This document shows positions 42,631 to 52,887 of a stretch of 64,000 nt of DNA, piece after piece. A program made the translations under genes and the position numbers. The notes under the pieces were generated by a model that worked only from the letters and a program-made list of their open reading frames with translations, ran no database searches and was not told the origin of the DNA. Position 1 is the first letter of the stretch, and every line of letters begins with the position of its first letter. The DNA is from Chloroflexota bacterium (GTDB taxonomy: Bacteria > Chloroflexota > UBA11872 > VXOZ01): assembly GCA_965219505.1 (NCBI GenBank), contig OZ244775.1, positions 2,558,815 through 2,622,814 on the forward strand, written 5' to 3'.

Positions 42631-42720
42631 CAGTAAGTCGAGAGCAGTGCGGCTCACGCGCTAGATTCCACAGCCAAGCAAGCGATTGGCAGTACAATCT
42701 GCTTTGCCAAGTCCCTCATT

Positions 42721-44565
42721 TCAATACCCACCCTCACCATCACTGGATTCGGCGTACACCGCCTCACCCCTGTGAAGGCGGCGGGCGATCGTGTAGGTTT
42801 GCGTGGTGGCGCGGCGCGTGGGAGCGTGGGCCGCCTGCCAGCGGGCAATCGCAACGAGCGTCTGGTATGAGGCATCAGCGTGACCTGTCTCGGCAAAGTC
42901 TTGGGCCAGGCGCACCCCTTCCTCCAGCATTTGAAAGTCGTGGAAGCCGGGGTCCTCGCGAAGCACTGACCTGCCAAGTGTAGCGATCAACGCCGCCGGA
43001 TCATGGCCGAGTGTCAGATACCGATACGTAATCGCGCCAGCCTCATCTTCGCCACCCTGCCGCTCGCAGCACGCCAGAAGTTGCTCCTGCAAAGTGGCGG
43101 GGTCGTTTGGCAGTTCCGCCAGCGCACGTGCACCTGGCAGGCGCGCGGCGGGCATATTGAGGAAGCGGGCCTGATACACCACCATCGCGCCGTGGAGCAC
43201 GCCACGAGCTAGCTCCACAGACGGCGCGCGTTTGGCGACTTGGGCCAGCGACGCGCAGTAGGTGAAGTGGTGGAGGGCCGTATCCCAATCGCCAAACTCG
43301 TTGCTGATCGGAAACCTCGTTATACGCAGGGCTGAGGCAAACGCCAGCGCCTGCGCCCCGTCCGCCAAGGAAAGGCCGCCCCGGAAGGCCGCCAGCAACG
43401 TCTCGACACTGTCTTGCGGATCGTCGCCGAGCAGTGCCTCGACAAGATCATCGTTCCAAGCGCCTGTAGGCTGCGCCGTGAGGTCAACGGCAGTATCCAA
43501 CTCCGGCACTGCCGCCTCTACCAGCGCCACGAGGTCTTCGGGGCGATGCCATGCATTCCGTTCCTCTTCGCGTGTCGCCTGCGCCCACTGGCTGGTCAGC
43601 GCCGGCAGCACCTCTGCAGCGTTTTCCCAGCCGATGATGTCCAAGAGTTCCGCCGCCTTGGCCAGCGTATCCATGACGTGGGAAAAGTCGCGATAGTAGT
43701 GGTCGGTAGCGGCGGCGGCCAGCATGTCGAGCAACTGCTCCTGCGACCAGCCCGCTGCTATCGCCGTGCGCAGTGTGCGCTCAGCCGCATCGGCGTCGCG
43801 CACCTCGACGTACTCCCGGAACCAACGCTTCAGACGCGCATCGGGAACCGCCGCCGTGGGCAGCGGATCGAGCATGATCCGCTCCTGACGATTCATGGCA
43901 TCACCCCCTACGCGGCGCGTCCCGTGGTAGAGGGAGAGCGGCCGATCTTCGGCAAAAAGGTGCGGCTGCAGGTTCGCCATGGCCGTGAGAATGGTAAGCC
44001 CGTCACCCCAACCGCCCGGATTGCGGCTGGAACCCCGCCGTAGACCGTACTCAGCGGTAGTTGCGACAATCTTCTTCGTCGCGTCCGCGGGCTTCAGGTC
44101 GCGCAAGGCCAGCACGGCCTTGGCTTGATTGAGCGCAATGCCCTGCTCCAGCGCTTTTTCCAGGCGAGTAGCCTCCTGCGCATACTGCTCGTCTGCGCTC
44201 TGCATCTCGCGCAAGTCCACCCAAACGACTTCATCCTGCACAGTCACCGGATAGGTGCGCACGTCGCCGGCCCAGATGTCGAACGCGCCGCCGGAATCAA
44301 GGTCGAAACGCGCGTAATGCCAGTAGCAGGTCAGCACACCGTCCTCACAAATGCCGCGCGCCAGCGGAAAACCCATGTGCGGACAGCGGTTGTCCACGGC
44401 GTACGCGCGCTCGTTGTGCCAAAACACGCAAATCGTATGCCCCTGCCCCGTCGCCGTCACAACCCCTTGCTGCTGCAAGTCCGCGAGCGTAGACACACGG
44501 AGCAATCCGTTCTCTCCTATGGAATCGTGCGTGGTCGGAGCACTCCGCGGTGTAGTTGTAGCCAT
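42721..44565 (-). CDS. Rieske [2Fe-2S] domain protein fused to a large uncharacterised C-terminal domain
   Basis: 'CPHMG...CYWH' Rieske ligand boxes in the N-terminal ~110 aa. The ~500-aa C-terminal region has no recognisable motif. Confidence 0.6.
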   Translation of the reverse strand: MATTTPRSAPTTHDSIGENGLLRVSTLADLQQQGVVTATGQGHTICVFWHNERAYAVDNRCPHMGFPLARGICEDGVLTCYWHYARFDLDSGGAFDIWAGDVRTYPVTVQDEVVWVDLREMQSADEQYAQEATRLEKALEQGIALNQAKAVLALRDLKPADATKKIVATTAEYGLRRGSSRNPGGWGDGLTILTAMANLQPHLFAEDRPLSLYHGTRRVGGDAMNRQERIMLDPLPTAAVPDARLKRWFREYVEVRDADAAERTLRTAIAAGWSQEQLLDMLAAAATDHYYRDFSHVMDTLAKAAELLDIIGWENAAEVLPALTSQWAQATREEERNAWHRPEDLVALVEAAVPELDTAVDLTAQPTGAWNDDLVEALLGDDPQDSVETLLAAFRGGLSLADGAQALAFASALRITRFPISNEFGDWDTALHHFTYCASLAQVAKRAPSVELARGVLHGAMVVYQARFLNMPAARLPGARALAELPNDPATLQEQLLACCERQGGEDEAGAITYRYLTLGHDPAALIATLGRSVLREDPGFHDFQMLEEGVRLAQDFAETGHADASYQTLVAIARWQAAHAPTRRATTQTYTIARRLHRGEAVYAESSDGEGGY

Positions 44566-44662
44566 CGTCAGTCCTTTCAGATAAACTGAAGGAATTTTGC
44601 GGCGATAACCCGCATCATCTTTTGCTCGTTAATTTCCTTGGAAAATTCTACTCGCAATACCT

Positions 44663-45217
44663 CTAGACTGCAGCCTCGAGACGACGGGCAAGGCAGTCGA
44701 AATCCTCTGGACACTTCCGTCGAATCTTTCCGATGCGACGCGCAGCCTCATCACCTAGTTGCTTGCGCCCGCCGCCAGGCGCATCGGACAAGCCTCGCTC
44801 GGCAACGAGAAGTTCAAAGTACCGTTCCTTGACTTGGACTTCCTTGCGTACTTCCTTCCAATTCCAATTAGAAGGCAGCCTTAACCCGGCGAGCAGCCAG
44901 GTCTCAATCTCTTCCCAAGCATTCTCAGCAATAAAGGCGTCACCGAACTCGGCTTCGATCTCGTCAAGCCTTTGACGCCTCCCCACTTCGCCATCGCGGT
45001 CTACGCAAAGAATGAAGATGTTTACCGTCGGGTATTGCTGAACTACATCTCTTAGTCGTTCCGATTTCAATGCTTCTTGAACACCGCCAAGCAAAGGTTC
45101 TAAGCAAACCTCAACACGTAGGGAAGACTTGCCGAGAGACCCAAAGAGCCGCTCAAAGATGGGCTTCAATATGTACTGGTCGTTGCGAAAGTCTTCAGGG
45201 ATCAGGAGAACCTTCAT
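44663..45217 (-). CDS. Small uncharacterised protein coupled to the upstream ATPase (DUF4276-like partner)
   Basis: ATGA overlap with the 45214..46560 gene. 184 aa. Assignment to the family rests on context and length only. Confidence 0.4.
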   Translation of the reverse strand: MKVLLIPEDFRNDQYILKPIFERLFGSLGKSSLRVEVCLEPLLGGVQEALKSERLRDVVQQYPTVNIFILCVDRDGEVGRRQRLDEIEAEFGDAFIAENAWEEIETWLLAGLRLPSNWNWKEVRKEVQVKERYFELLVAERGLSDAPGGGRKQLGDEAARRIGKIRRKCPEDFDCLARRLEAAV

Positions 45218-46560
45218 TCTCCGCCCTTCTCATCTTCTTTTTCCGCCTCCTCGAAGGACAGTATGTTCTCCATCCAACCGGAAGTGTGGAGACGCCCCAA
45301 GCCCTGAGACTTTCGCAATTCTCTGGCATTGGGTAGCTCCGCCACCCGCCGGATAGTGGCATCTGCGGATTGCTCGTCACGATATACGACAACGGAATTC
45401 TCAAATGTCGTGTCATTGATGAGATTCAGCACGTCAGGCGAATGCGTGGTGGCGATCACCCGAATCTTTCCCTTTGCGGTCTGCCGTTCGATGAGATCAA
45501 GCAAGAGGTGCAGCCGTGCTGGATGAATGCCGTTGTCAATCTCTTCAAAGAAGTAGAAGCCAGCTTTGTCTTCGCTCAACAGCACAGCCAGCATACCGAG
45601 AAAGCGCAGCGTGCCATCGGACGCGCTGTAAGCCGATATCTTTCGCCCGTTCGCCTCTACGATTCTGAGATTAACCCTGCCGTTGAGGTCGACCGGAAAC
45701 TCCAAGTCGCTAACGTCCATTGGCGTAAGTTCATGCAACCACGATAAGAGAACCGCCTTGCGCTGGGGATTATCGCAGATTGCCTCAAGCACTGTGGCCA
45801 AATTGCTGCCTGATTCGTCCAATCTAGTAGCACCAGGGATGGCAGCCCTCCGCATGCTTTCCGGCGACAACTCCAGAAAGTGCATCCTCAAGAGTTCTCC
45901 CCTGATATACAACTTTATCAGGTAGATAGTCAACTTAGCGATAAGGTCCCTAGCCTGTTCGTCATCAGTGTCTTCAGGCCCGTTAATATTGATGAAATCA
46001 CTAAGGAAATCATCAATCTGACTGAGGCCGGGTTGATCTGAGGCGACTTCTATTGGTTCGCCGGCCGGCGGCAGGTAGAGACGCAGCCTGGAATCCTCTA
46101 GCTCTGCTCCCCCGCTGCAATTCAGGGGCGGATCACTTGTATACAAGATTTCAGGAGCTCGCGAATCCGGCGTCCTTACACCAGTTCTTAGTGACTCGGC
46201 TACGACTTGAAATTGACCTCCAGCCTGATCACGTCGGATTCGGATAAAATAGCGTATGCTCTTTACGCCTGACTTGAGCAACTCAGTCGATTCCATCTCG
46301 ACTTCAAGAGCGAATTCATCCTGTCCAAAGCGAATTACCTCATTGGCAGCACCACGGACAGGCTGTTGTTCAGCGTCAAATCTTCCACCAAGAATTTCCG
46401 CCAAGGTGTAGTTATCGCAAATACCCTCAAGGAACCGGAAAGCATCGCGGATGTTGCTCTTGCCGCTGGCGTTGGCGCCCACGATAAGGGTGAACGGACC
46501 GATGTGCAGCGTCTCATCGGCAAAGTTCTTAAAGTTGACCAGGCGGAGCGAGGTAATCAC
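45214..46560 (-). CDS. AAA_21/AAA_15 (ABC-like, RecF/SMC-type) ATPase
   Basis: Walker A 'GANASGKSN' at the N-terminus, 'SLRLVNFKNF' start, and a C-terminal 'VIATTHSPDVL' D-loop/H-loop. Confidence 0.7.
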   Translation of the reverse strand: MITSLRLVNFKNFADETLHIGPFTLIVGANASGKSNIRDAFRFLEGICDNYTLAEILGGRFDAEQQPVRGAANEVIRFGQDEFALEVEMESTELLKSGVKSIRYFIRIRRDQAGGQFQVVAESLRTGVRTPDSRAPEILYTSDPPLNCSGGAELEDSRLRLYLPPAGEPIEVASDQPGLSQIDDFLSDFININGPEDTDDEQARDLIAKLTIYLIKLYIRGELLRMHFLELSPESMRRAAIPGATRLDESGSNLATVLEAICDNPQRKAVLLSWLHELTPMDVSDLEFPVDLNGRVNLRIVEANGRKISAYSASDGTLRFLGMLAVLLSEDKAGFYFFEEIDNGIHPARLHLLLDLIERQTAKGKIRVIATTHSPDVLNLINDTTFENSVVVYRDEQSADATIRRVAELPNARELRKSQGLGRLHTSGWMENILSFEEAEKEDEKGGE

Positions 46561-46983
46561 GACAATTCCCTATTGTGAAGGGATGGCTTCCCGCTTACGT
46601 GGGAAAGCAATCTAGTATTCAGTGGCTTGTAGTTTGGGAGATCCCTGTCTTTAGTTCGAGCACTTTAGCGAGCTAAAGCTACACTAATCTCCAACACTCT
46701 TACTAATCAATGGTACCAGAGCAAGCGCGGCCTGCGGGAACTCACTGAGCAGTGAATGACCATGGTCTGGTGGTCCATTCACGAAAGACACATCACGCTA
46801 TCGCCAGAATTCCCACGAATTGATGAGTTCACTCTCTAGCTAAGGATTGCCTTATACTACGGCGTAGGTGGGACATTCTACGAGCGGCGCTACTTTGTGC
46901 TTGGAAGAAAGGTCCTCCTGCAATTGCCAATCTCTTGTCAGCTTGCAATTTGCTATTACTTCCTAGCAGAAGGAGCAGTGCTT

Positions 46984-48153
46984 ATGGACATCCGGTCCTT
47001 TTCAATCGCCACCGAAATTCACCTTGGCGACGGCGCCTTAGACGTATTGCCGTCGCTCTGTGGCAAGCGGGTGATGGTGGTGGCGGATCCCGCGATGACG
47101 GAATTGGGATTCACCGAGCGCATCTGCGGCTTGGCGCGCCAGGCGGGCGCAGCGACGACCATATTCGACGCCGTCGAGCCCGACCCATCGCAGGAGACCT
47201 GCGCCGCGGGCGTGGAACTGGCCGAGGACTTTGCGCCGGATACGATCGTCGGCCTAGGCGGGGGCTCCACGCTGGACGTCACCAAGACTATCCGGGCCGC
47301 CTGCGAAACGCCAAACACATCCGTGCCGGAGCTCGTGGCCGCGGGTTTCAATCCGCCGCCGCGCAAGACCGGCCAGATCGCTTGCATCGCCATTCCCTCC
47401 ACCAGCGGCACGGGCTCGGAAGTCAGCCGGGGAGCAGTGATAACGGAGAGCGCCGCTCAGACCCCGGTCAAGCGTATCCTCTTCACCGGTCCGCCCGAAG
47501 CCGCCATTCTCGATCCGGCCGTGCCGGCCACCATGCCGCCGCACGTGGCGGCAGACAGCGGTTACGATGCGCTGGCGCACGCAGTAGAGTCCTTCGCCTG
47601 TGTGGAATCCCATCGCCTGACGCAAGCGCTGGCAAGCGCGGCGATTGCCGCAGTCATGGCGCACCTGCCCGCTTCCGTACAGCAGTCTGGAATTACGACG
47701 GCTCGCACCGAGATGCACGTGGCCGCGACCATGGCCGGCGCTACCATGCGCGCCGGACTGGGACTCTGCCACGCACTCTCGCACCAGATCACGCCGGCCT
47801 TCGGCATCTCTCACGGCCGCGCCAATGCGCTGCTCTTACCCCACGTCGTAGCTTACAATGCTCACGTTGCCAGGGAGCAATACACTGATTTGGCAGCGCG
47901 CCTTGGACTAGACGGCAGTAATCCCGTGGCCTCCCTCGTCGGCGCCCTCGCTACATTGCGCGCCCAGGCCGGCTTGCCCGCTTCCCTGCAAGAGGCCGGC
48001 GTAACCAGAGAGCAATTGGCGCAAGCGCTCCCACAGCTAATTGCCAACGGCTCCCAAGACCCCAACGTTGCCAGCAACCCCCGCCAACCAACGCACGAAG
48101 AGATTGAGACGCTCTACTGGCATGCCTGGGAAGACCGGCGCGCGGACGTGTAG
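46984..48153 (+). CDS. Iron-containing (group III) alcohol dehydrogenase
   Basis: RBS 'gaaggag'. 'GGGSTLD' NAD motif and His-rich metal site 'HALSHQITP...HG'. Confidence 0.75.
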   Translation: MDIRSFSIATEIHLGDGALDVLPSLCGKRVMVVADPAMTELGFTERICGLARQAGAATTIFDAVEPDPSQETCAAGVELAEDFAPDTIVGLGGGSTLDVTKTIRAACETPNTSVPELVAAGFNPPPRKTGQIACIAIPSTSGTGSEVSRGAVITESAAQTPVKRILFTGPPEAAILDPAVPATMPPHVAADSGYDALAHAVESFACVESHRLTQALASAAIAAVMAHLPASVQQSGITTARTEMHVAATMAGATMRAGLGLCHALSHQITPAFGISHGRANALLLPHVVAYNAHVAREQYTDLAARLGLDGSNPVASLVGALATLRAQAGLPASLQEAGVTREQLAQALPQLIANGSQDPNVASNPRQPTHEEIETLYWHAWEDRRADV

Positions 48154-48267
48154 ACCGCGTTGGAAAGTCCGGGGTATCGAGATCAAGGGCATGGTGAAGG
48201 CGCTTCAGGTTGTTCAGACTGCGGTCAAGATGAGAGAGAGACGAGCTCTAGTGTGAGTCTCCCCTAC

Positions 48268-48678
48268 CTAAGAGGTCAGCAATCGATTCAAGTAGTATCG
48301 CTCCTGCTCTGACAGAAGCAGCCAAATTCTGTTCAATGCCTCTAGTCGATAGTCCGCAGAACTATCCACTACGAAGGTTACGCAGAAGTCCAAAGGATCC
48401 CGAATGGCGCGACCACTTGGCGATGGCGGAAACTCATAACCTTCCTCTTGGAAAACCATCGCGGTAAACACAGCGGCCCGCGTACGCCCTCCGTATTTCT
48501 GGGCTACAATTCTCTCCGCCTGCTGAGGGACCATACCAGACTTAGTGGCTGTTCGCACAAACTCATAGAATAAGCTATCCAGCGTACAAGCGCGTCCCGG
48601 AGGTGCAGGCGTAGGGATAGGAGTTGGCTCATCTATAGCAGTAACTGTGCAACTGGGGATAAGTGCGAGAATAATCAA
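48268..48678 (-). CDS. Hypothetical lipoprotein (start uncertain, probably upstream TTG/GTG)
   Basis: Signal-like 'LILIILALIPSC' and a PT-rich linker 'EPTPIPTPAPP'. Confidence 0.3.
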   Translation of the reverse strand: MIILALIPSCTVTAIDEPTPIPTPAPPGRACTLDSLFYEFVRTATKSGMVPQQAERIVAQKYGGRTRAAVFTAMVFQEEGYEFPPSPSGRAIRDPLDFCVTFVVDSSADYRLEALNRIWLLLSEQERYYLNRLLTS

Positions 48679-49068
48679 GATTAGAGTAAATGAGAAACGT
48701 TTAACAAAAGGCCTACCTGTAACACGTGTGCGTTCGTTTGGAGAAATTACTTTAGCCCACCAATTGCAGGGGGACGGCTAACCGAAACGTTCCCGTGCAC
48801 TCTAGGGCGGGTAGCCACCTCCTTGAAAGTGTCTGACAGTCTAATTTGAATTTAGTTGGCAAAGGTGCAAGCCGAGTTTTGCCTCTTGCAAGAACCAAAC
48901 GCGCGCTATGGTCACAGCGCTCTACAGTGAGAAAGCCCTCGCCCCACTTCCTGCCCAAATATAAGAGGGGCATTCAATCCCCTGAGTCCTCAGGAGGAAC
49001 TGAATGCCCCTCTAATTCCGATCCTAACCTTGTTGAAAGCCTACACGGGCTTTCTATTCACCGCCGCC

Positions 49069-49410
49069 TCAGCCGGCGGTTTCCACACCGCTTATCGTGA
49101 AACCGCGGCGTGCACCCTCATTCACAAACTCCACCGATGCGCCATCCAGCGCCGCGAACGCCTGCGGATCCATCACCACACCGACCCCGGCAGCATCTAC
49201 TACCTGATCGTTATCTTCAACTTGCTGGTCGAAGCCCATGCCGAAATTCACCTTGCCGCAGCCGCACTCGCTCTGCACAAAGATGCGCAGCTTGGCATCA
49301 TCCATGTCGTTATCCGTCATAAGCCGCTGCAACTCAGTCGCCGCTGTGTCCGTAACCGTAATCACGTTATTGCTCTCTTTCTTCCAACCTATCGCGAAAT
49401 GCTCTTGCAT
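49069..49410 (-). CDS. HesB/IscA-family Fe-S cluster assembly accessory protein-like
   Basis: Colinear with IscA ('ITVTDTAA..L', 'SECGCG', 'FVNEGARRGF'). It lacks the usual C-terminal CGC. Confidence 0.5.
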   Translation of the reverse strand: MQEHFAIGWKKESNNVITVTDTAATELQRLMTDNDMDDAKLRIFVQSECGCGKVNFGMGFDQQVEDNDQVVDAAGVGVVMDPQAFAALDGASVEFVNEGARRGFTISGVETAG

Positions 49411-49615
49411 CAGCTCCTCGCAACGGCATTATAGCATAACAACCCTGGGGCTAACGTTTCTTGCCGCGTAGAGAAGCACTTTAGATGTCCGGCCAATAGC
49501 GCCCAGCGTCTCCGCCTAGAGGTAGGCATGACGCGACGTAGACAGCCTCGTCATGCCTGGGTAAAACAGCCACGCGCCAGTAATCTGCTGGGCGGTCCTG
49601 CAATTGATTGTCTCT

Positions 49616-49976
49616 TTGGTGGAGATGGGGGAGGGTCGAACTCCCCGTCCAAAGCTGTTCTTCCTGCAACCTCTACGAGCGTAGTCAGCTTTTGTGTTTC
49701 ATTCCCAGAGCACGAGCGGACGAAAACCCCTGAGAACTAGCCCCCGTTTGTCTTTCGCAGTCCCCGAAGGCTGGTGGACCGCGGCACCCCGGCTGTTAGG
49801 TCGCCCAAGCTGCGCTCACCGGAGTAAGAGCAGATGGACGTCACAGCTTTATTTAGGCTGCGAGAGCAAAATTGTGCTTGTTGGCACTTAAAAAAGTTGC
49901 TACCTGTTTAACGAGGGTGATAGCACCTCGGCTCGCAGTTACAAGCCTCCCAACCCTGTCGAATCCACTCATCCCC
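49616..49976 (-). ncRNA. ssrA: tmRNA (SsrA), encoded tag ANKHNFALAA
   Basis: The reverse complement starts 'GGGGATGAGTGGATTCGACAGGG' and ends 'GGACGGGGAGTTCGACCCTCCCCCATCTCCACCA', a tRNA-Ala-like acceptor with a G3-U pair. The internal frame is 'GCC AAC AAG CAC AAT TTT GCT CTC GCA GCC TAA ATAA'. Confidence 0.8.
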
Positions 49977-50163
49977 GCATATATTTTCAGTATATCATGC
50001 CCAGCCCCCGATTCCTCTACCGAAAACCGGAATTGTCATGGCAAGGAGTGCTGGACACAGAGAGTGAAGAGTCCTGCCGACGCCATTATCTAAGCGAGGT
50101 CAGGTTGGGCGCCTGCTGAAGAACCGAATTGGATCTCAATTGCAAATTGAATGCAAGGGTTGG

Positions 50164-51426
50164 TCAAGCGCTCTGAGGTTGGTGGAGCAGTCCGGCCTCT
50201 ACCAGATTGCCCGCAGCGTCGAAATCCCACTCGTAAGGCACGTCGAGGATTTCCAAGGTGGGATTCTCCTGCGCCGCCGGAATGAGCGCCTCGGAGAAGA
50301 GGAGGTACTCCAAGTGAAGCGTGCTGTAGATGCGAACGACTCGCGGTGCCGGCACGTCGGTGCAGGCAGACTTGAAGGCCGTCTCAATGGCAACCTTATC
50401 GTTTTCCAGCGTTATGGGAATCTTAGCTACCGCTGGGTTGTTAGCCGTGAGGGCGTTCATGTAGAGGTCGTAGTAGTTGATCTTGTCGGCCAGGCGTTTC
50501 GTCACGAAGTCGGCATGGCCGATGCCCACCGCATTGCCGTGTGATTCCGGCGTCAGGTCGCGTACCAGTACGCGCTTGTAGTTGGGATGGCGGTCCAGCG
50601 TCATGCCGCGGTTGAGTCCAATGACATTTGGATCCATGCCTGCACCGGAGATGTTCTTCCCCATCACGTCCACAATGAGGAGATCAAGCTCATCGAACGG
50701 CACGCGCGGCAAGAGTGTCCTTGAGAGGGTTTGCAGTTCCCTATCAGTCTCGTATATGTCCTCTGCCAGGGCAGCCCTAATCGTGTGAGGTTGGTCGTAG
50801 CCATTTTCGACGACGCCAAGACCGAGGACGATATTTGACTCTTGAATTGCAAGGGCAGCAGCCTGCGGAATGGTCTCCCCCAAGCCGTGGGCGTGCATCT
50901 GCTCCGCGCCCTTCTGCTTGCCGAGGCCCACCGTTACCATCTTGCAAAGGCCGCTCTCCACCGGGCCGCGGAAGCTGGTGTGAGGTTTGACGCGAGCCAC
51001 CACAATCACGGCGTCGGCGTTGTAGGCATTGCGATCGAAGTAGACGGTAGCACCATTGGCCGTTGTACCGAGATTTGCTACGTCCATCGTGGCGCGAATG
51101 GGGGCGCCGGTAGACTCCTCCGTAATGCCGTAATCGCGCAAGACGGCAGCCTGGCCCTCCGCAATAGCACCGCCGTGGCTGCCCATAGCCGGGACGATGA
51201 AGGGATTGGCGCCAGCCGCGCGTACCGCCTCTGACACTGTACGAATGATCTCCGGAATGCGCGTGATGCCCCGGCTGCCGGCCGTGATGGCGACTTCCAT
51301 GCCGGGGTTAATGACCCTTTCCAGGCCCACCCGCGTTAGCTCGGCGCGAATGGTACCCGTGAGGTCTTCAATCTGGGACGTAGAAAAGCGCTGACGCACG
51401 TGAACCATACCGGGCAAGTTTGCCAT
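50164..51426 (-). CDS. LarA-like / DUF2088-family protein (putative nickel-pincer-dependent racemase/epimerase)
   Basis: About 420 aa with a 'PAMGSHGG' segment and overall similarity to the lactate-racemase family. The assignment is tentative. Confidence 0.4.
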   Translation of the reverse strand: MANLPGMVHVRQRFSTSQIEDLTGTIRAELTRVGLERVINPGMEVAITAGSRGITRIPEIIRTVSEAVRAAGANPFIVPAMGSHGGAIAEGQAAVLRDYGITEESTGAPIRATMDVANLGTTANGATVYFDRNAYNADAVIVVARVKPHTSFRGPVESGLCKMVTVGLGKQKGAEQMHAHGLGETIPQAAALAIQESNIVLGLGVVENGYDQPHTIRAALAEDIYETDRELQTLSRTLLPRVPFDELDLLIVDVMGKNISGAGMDPNVIGLNRGMTLDRHPNYKRVLVRDLTPESHGNAVGIGHADFVTKRLADKINYYDLYMNALTANNPAVAKIPITLENDKVAIETAFKSACTDVPAPRVVRIYSTLHLEYLLFSEALIPAAQENPTLEILDVPYEWDFDAAGNLVEAGLLHQPQSA

Positions 51427-51595
51427 GAACTCTCCTCAAAACACCTGCGTGCTGTGCCTCTACCGCTCGCGAATTTTCCAGTCGTAGAGCAATGGCTCCC
51501 AGTCTGTGGCAACCTTAGTTTTGCTCTCCATAACGCCACGGCAGCAGCGCGCTAGATCGTAATCTCCTCACCCAATCACCCTGCAACTTGCAAGC

Positions 51596-52525
51596 CTAGA
51601 TCGTCTCCCAGAACGGTGTTTCGCTGTCCAACCTGAAGATGACCAACCGATCGTTTGGCGCCCTCACGTCCGTGAGATTCTCGGCGGTAATGAGCAAGCG
51701 ATTGTACTGCCGCATGCCCTTGGTTTCGGGCGGAGTCGGCATGACTATCTGGGAATCGCCGTTCGGCGTCACTGTGAGCCACGAGCCGTTGTACGTCAGG
51801 GGGTCTTCGCTCAGCGTATCCAACACCCAAAGGATAAGGAACTTATCACCGTACTCACGCGGCTGCTTGAGCCCGGCAAATGTAATCGAGACGCCCCCAT
51901 TAACTCCGATCCTCACGATTGAATTGACGTCTCCGCCAAGCTCAGTTGCCTGCAGTTGGAATAGCCTGCCCGGACGCATGATCATCGGCCGCGACAAGAT
52001 GAGCCGCAGCGGCGCTTCTTCAAAGGAGACTGAAGGCTGCGCAACCAACGCATGCTCTTCCGCAGTCACATAAATCGCCTTGACCGCGTCGAAGGTCGTA
52101 TACGTCCACAGAGTGGCGACACGGGAGACATCGGATATAAGTGTTCCGCCATTCTCGTACTCAATGGTACCGTTGCGCTCGTGACCGATCCAGACCACAA
52201 ACGTATTGCCTCCAAACGTCGTGGGCTGCGGCATACGGCGACCGTTCACGAAGATGGAGCCTTTGTAGGAGTTGAGTGCCACACCAACCTCGGCATTGCC
52301 GGCAGTAGACTCATCGACTTCCATGCGCAGCGGCAAGTCGCGTCGGCTCTCTTCCGCCTCGGCAATCGCGCGCGCCTGTGCTGTGGCCACCAGGCTTGGG
52401 TTGGCGCTAATTGGCGTCTCACTTATTTCAAGATCTTCTTCTACGCCACAGGCTGCCCCGGCAATAAGCAGAGCAAAACTTAGGATTGCAACCCGGTAAA
52501 TGAATGGTATCTTCAGCCGTCTCAT
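51596..52525 (-). CDS. Hypothetical lipoprotein
   Basis: Signal 'ALLIAGAACGVEE'. No other motifs. Confidence 0.4.
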   Translation of the reverse strand: MRRLKIPFIYRVAILSFALLIAGAACGVEEDLEISETPISANPSLVATAQARAIAEAEESRRDLPLRMEVDESTAGNAEVGVALNSYKGSIFVNGRRMPQPTTFGGNTFVVWIGHERNGTIEYENGGTLISDVSRVATLWTYTTFDAVKAIYVTAEEHALVAQPSVSFEEAPLRLILSRPMIMRPGRLFQLQATELGGDVNSIVRIGVNGGVSITFAGLKQPREYGDKFLILWVLDTLSEDPLTYNGSWLTVTPNGDSQIVMPTPPETKGMRQYNRLLITAENLTDVRAPNDRLVIFRLDSETPFWETI

Positions 52526-52887
52526 GGTCCCTCCTGAATTCTCGAGTGCAGCGCCGTCGGCATGATGGGCTACGTCACGCGCTTCAATATCTGCAATTAT
52601 TAGGCTTCGTATTCCAATGGTATGCCAACAATAGGATTATCACAAGTCGCCAACCTACTCACGCAGCAGGGCAGCAATACCACCCTCGGACTAATGAACA
52701 CCCGTCGTTAGTGCCGTCCAAGTCTTGTTTGGCTTGCCGTTTTTCTGCGGTTCGCCACCCATACTGCCGTGTTTCGAATTGCCTTAGCAGCTATGCCCAA
52801 TCTACTGCAAGAGAGCATAGCACACTCCAAGGGGGATGAGAATTGTATAATGGCGGGAGAGCCGTTTTTCTGCAAAGGATCGGCGTA

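Noticed and set aside
41839-42697. A 272-aa and a 192-aa minus-strand ORF with a repeating 'RKEEGSHKDCAYGGKKRAATRTAPTAERRGQ' sequence, and a possible CRISPR array
   Set aside because: These ORFs are translations of the 38-bp tandem DNA repeat, where 3 x 38 nt gives an apparent 38-aa protein repeat. There are no unique spacers between units, so it is not a CRISPR array, and no cas genes are nearby.
49030-49900. Plus-strand ORFs 49030..49434, 49528..49740 and 49694..49891
   Set aside because: They overlap the minus-strand HesB-like gene and the tmRNA and have no coding signal of their own.
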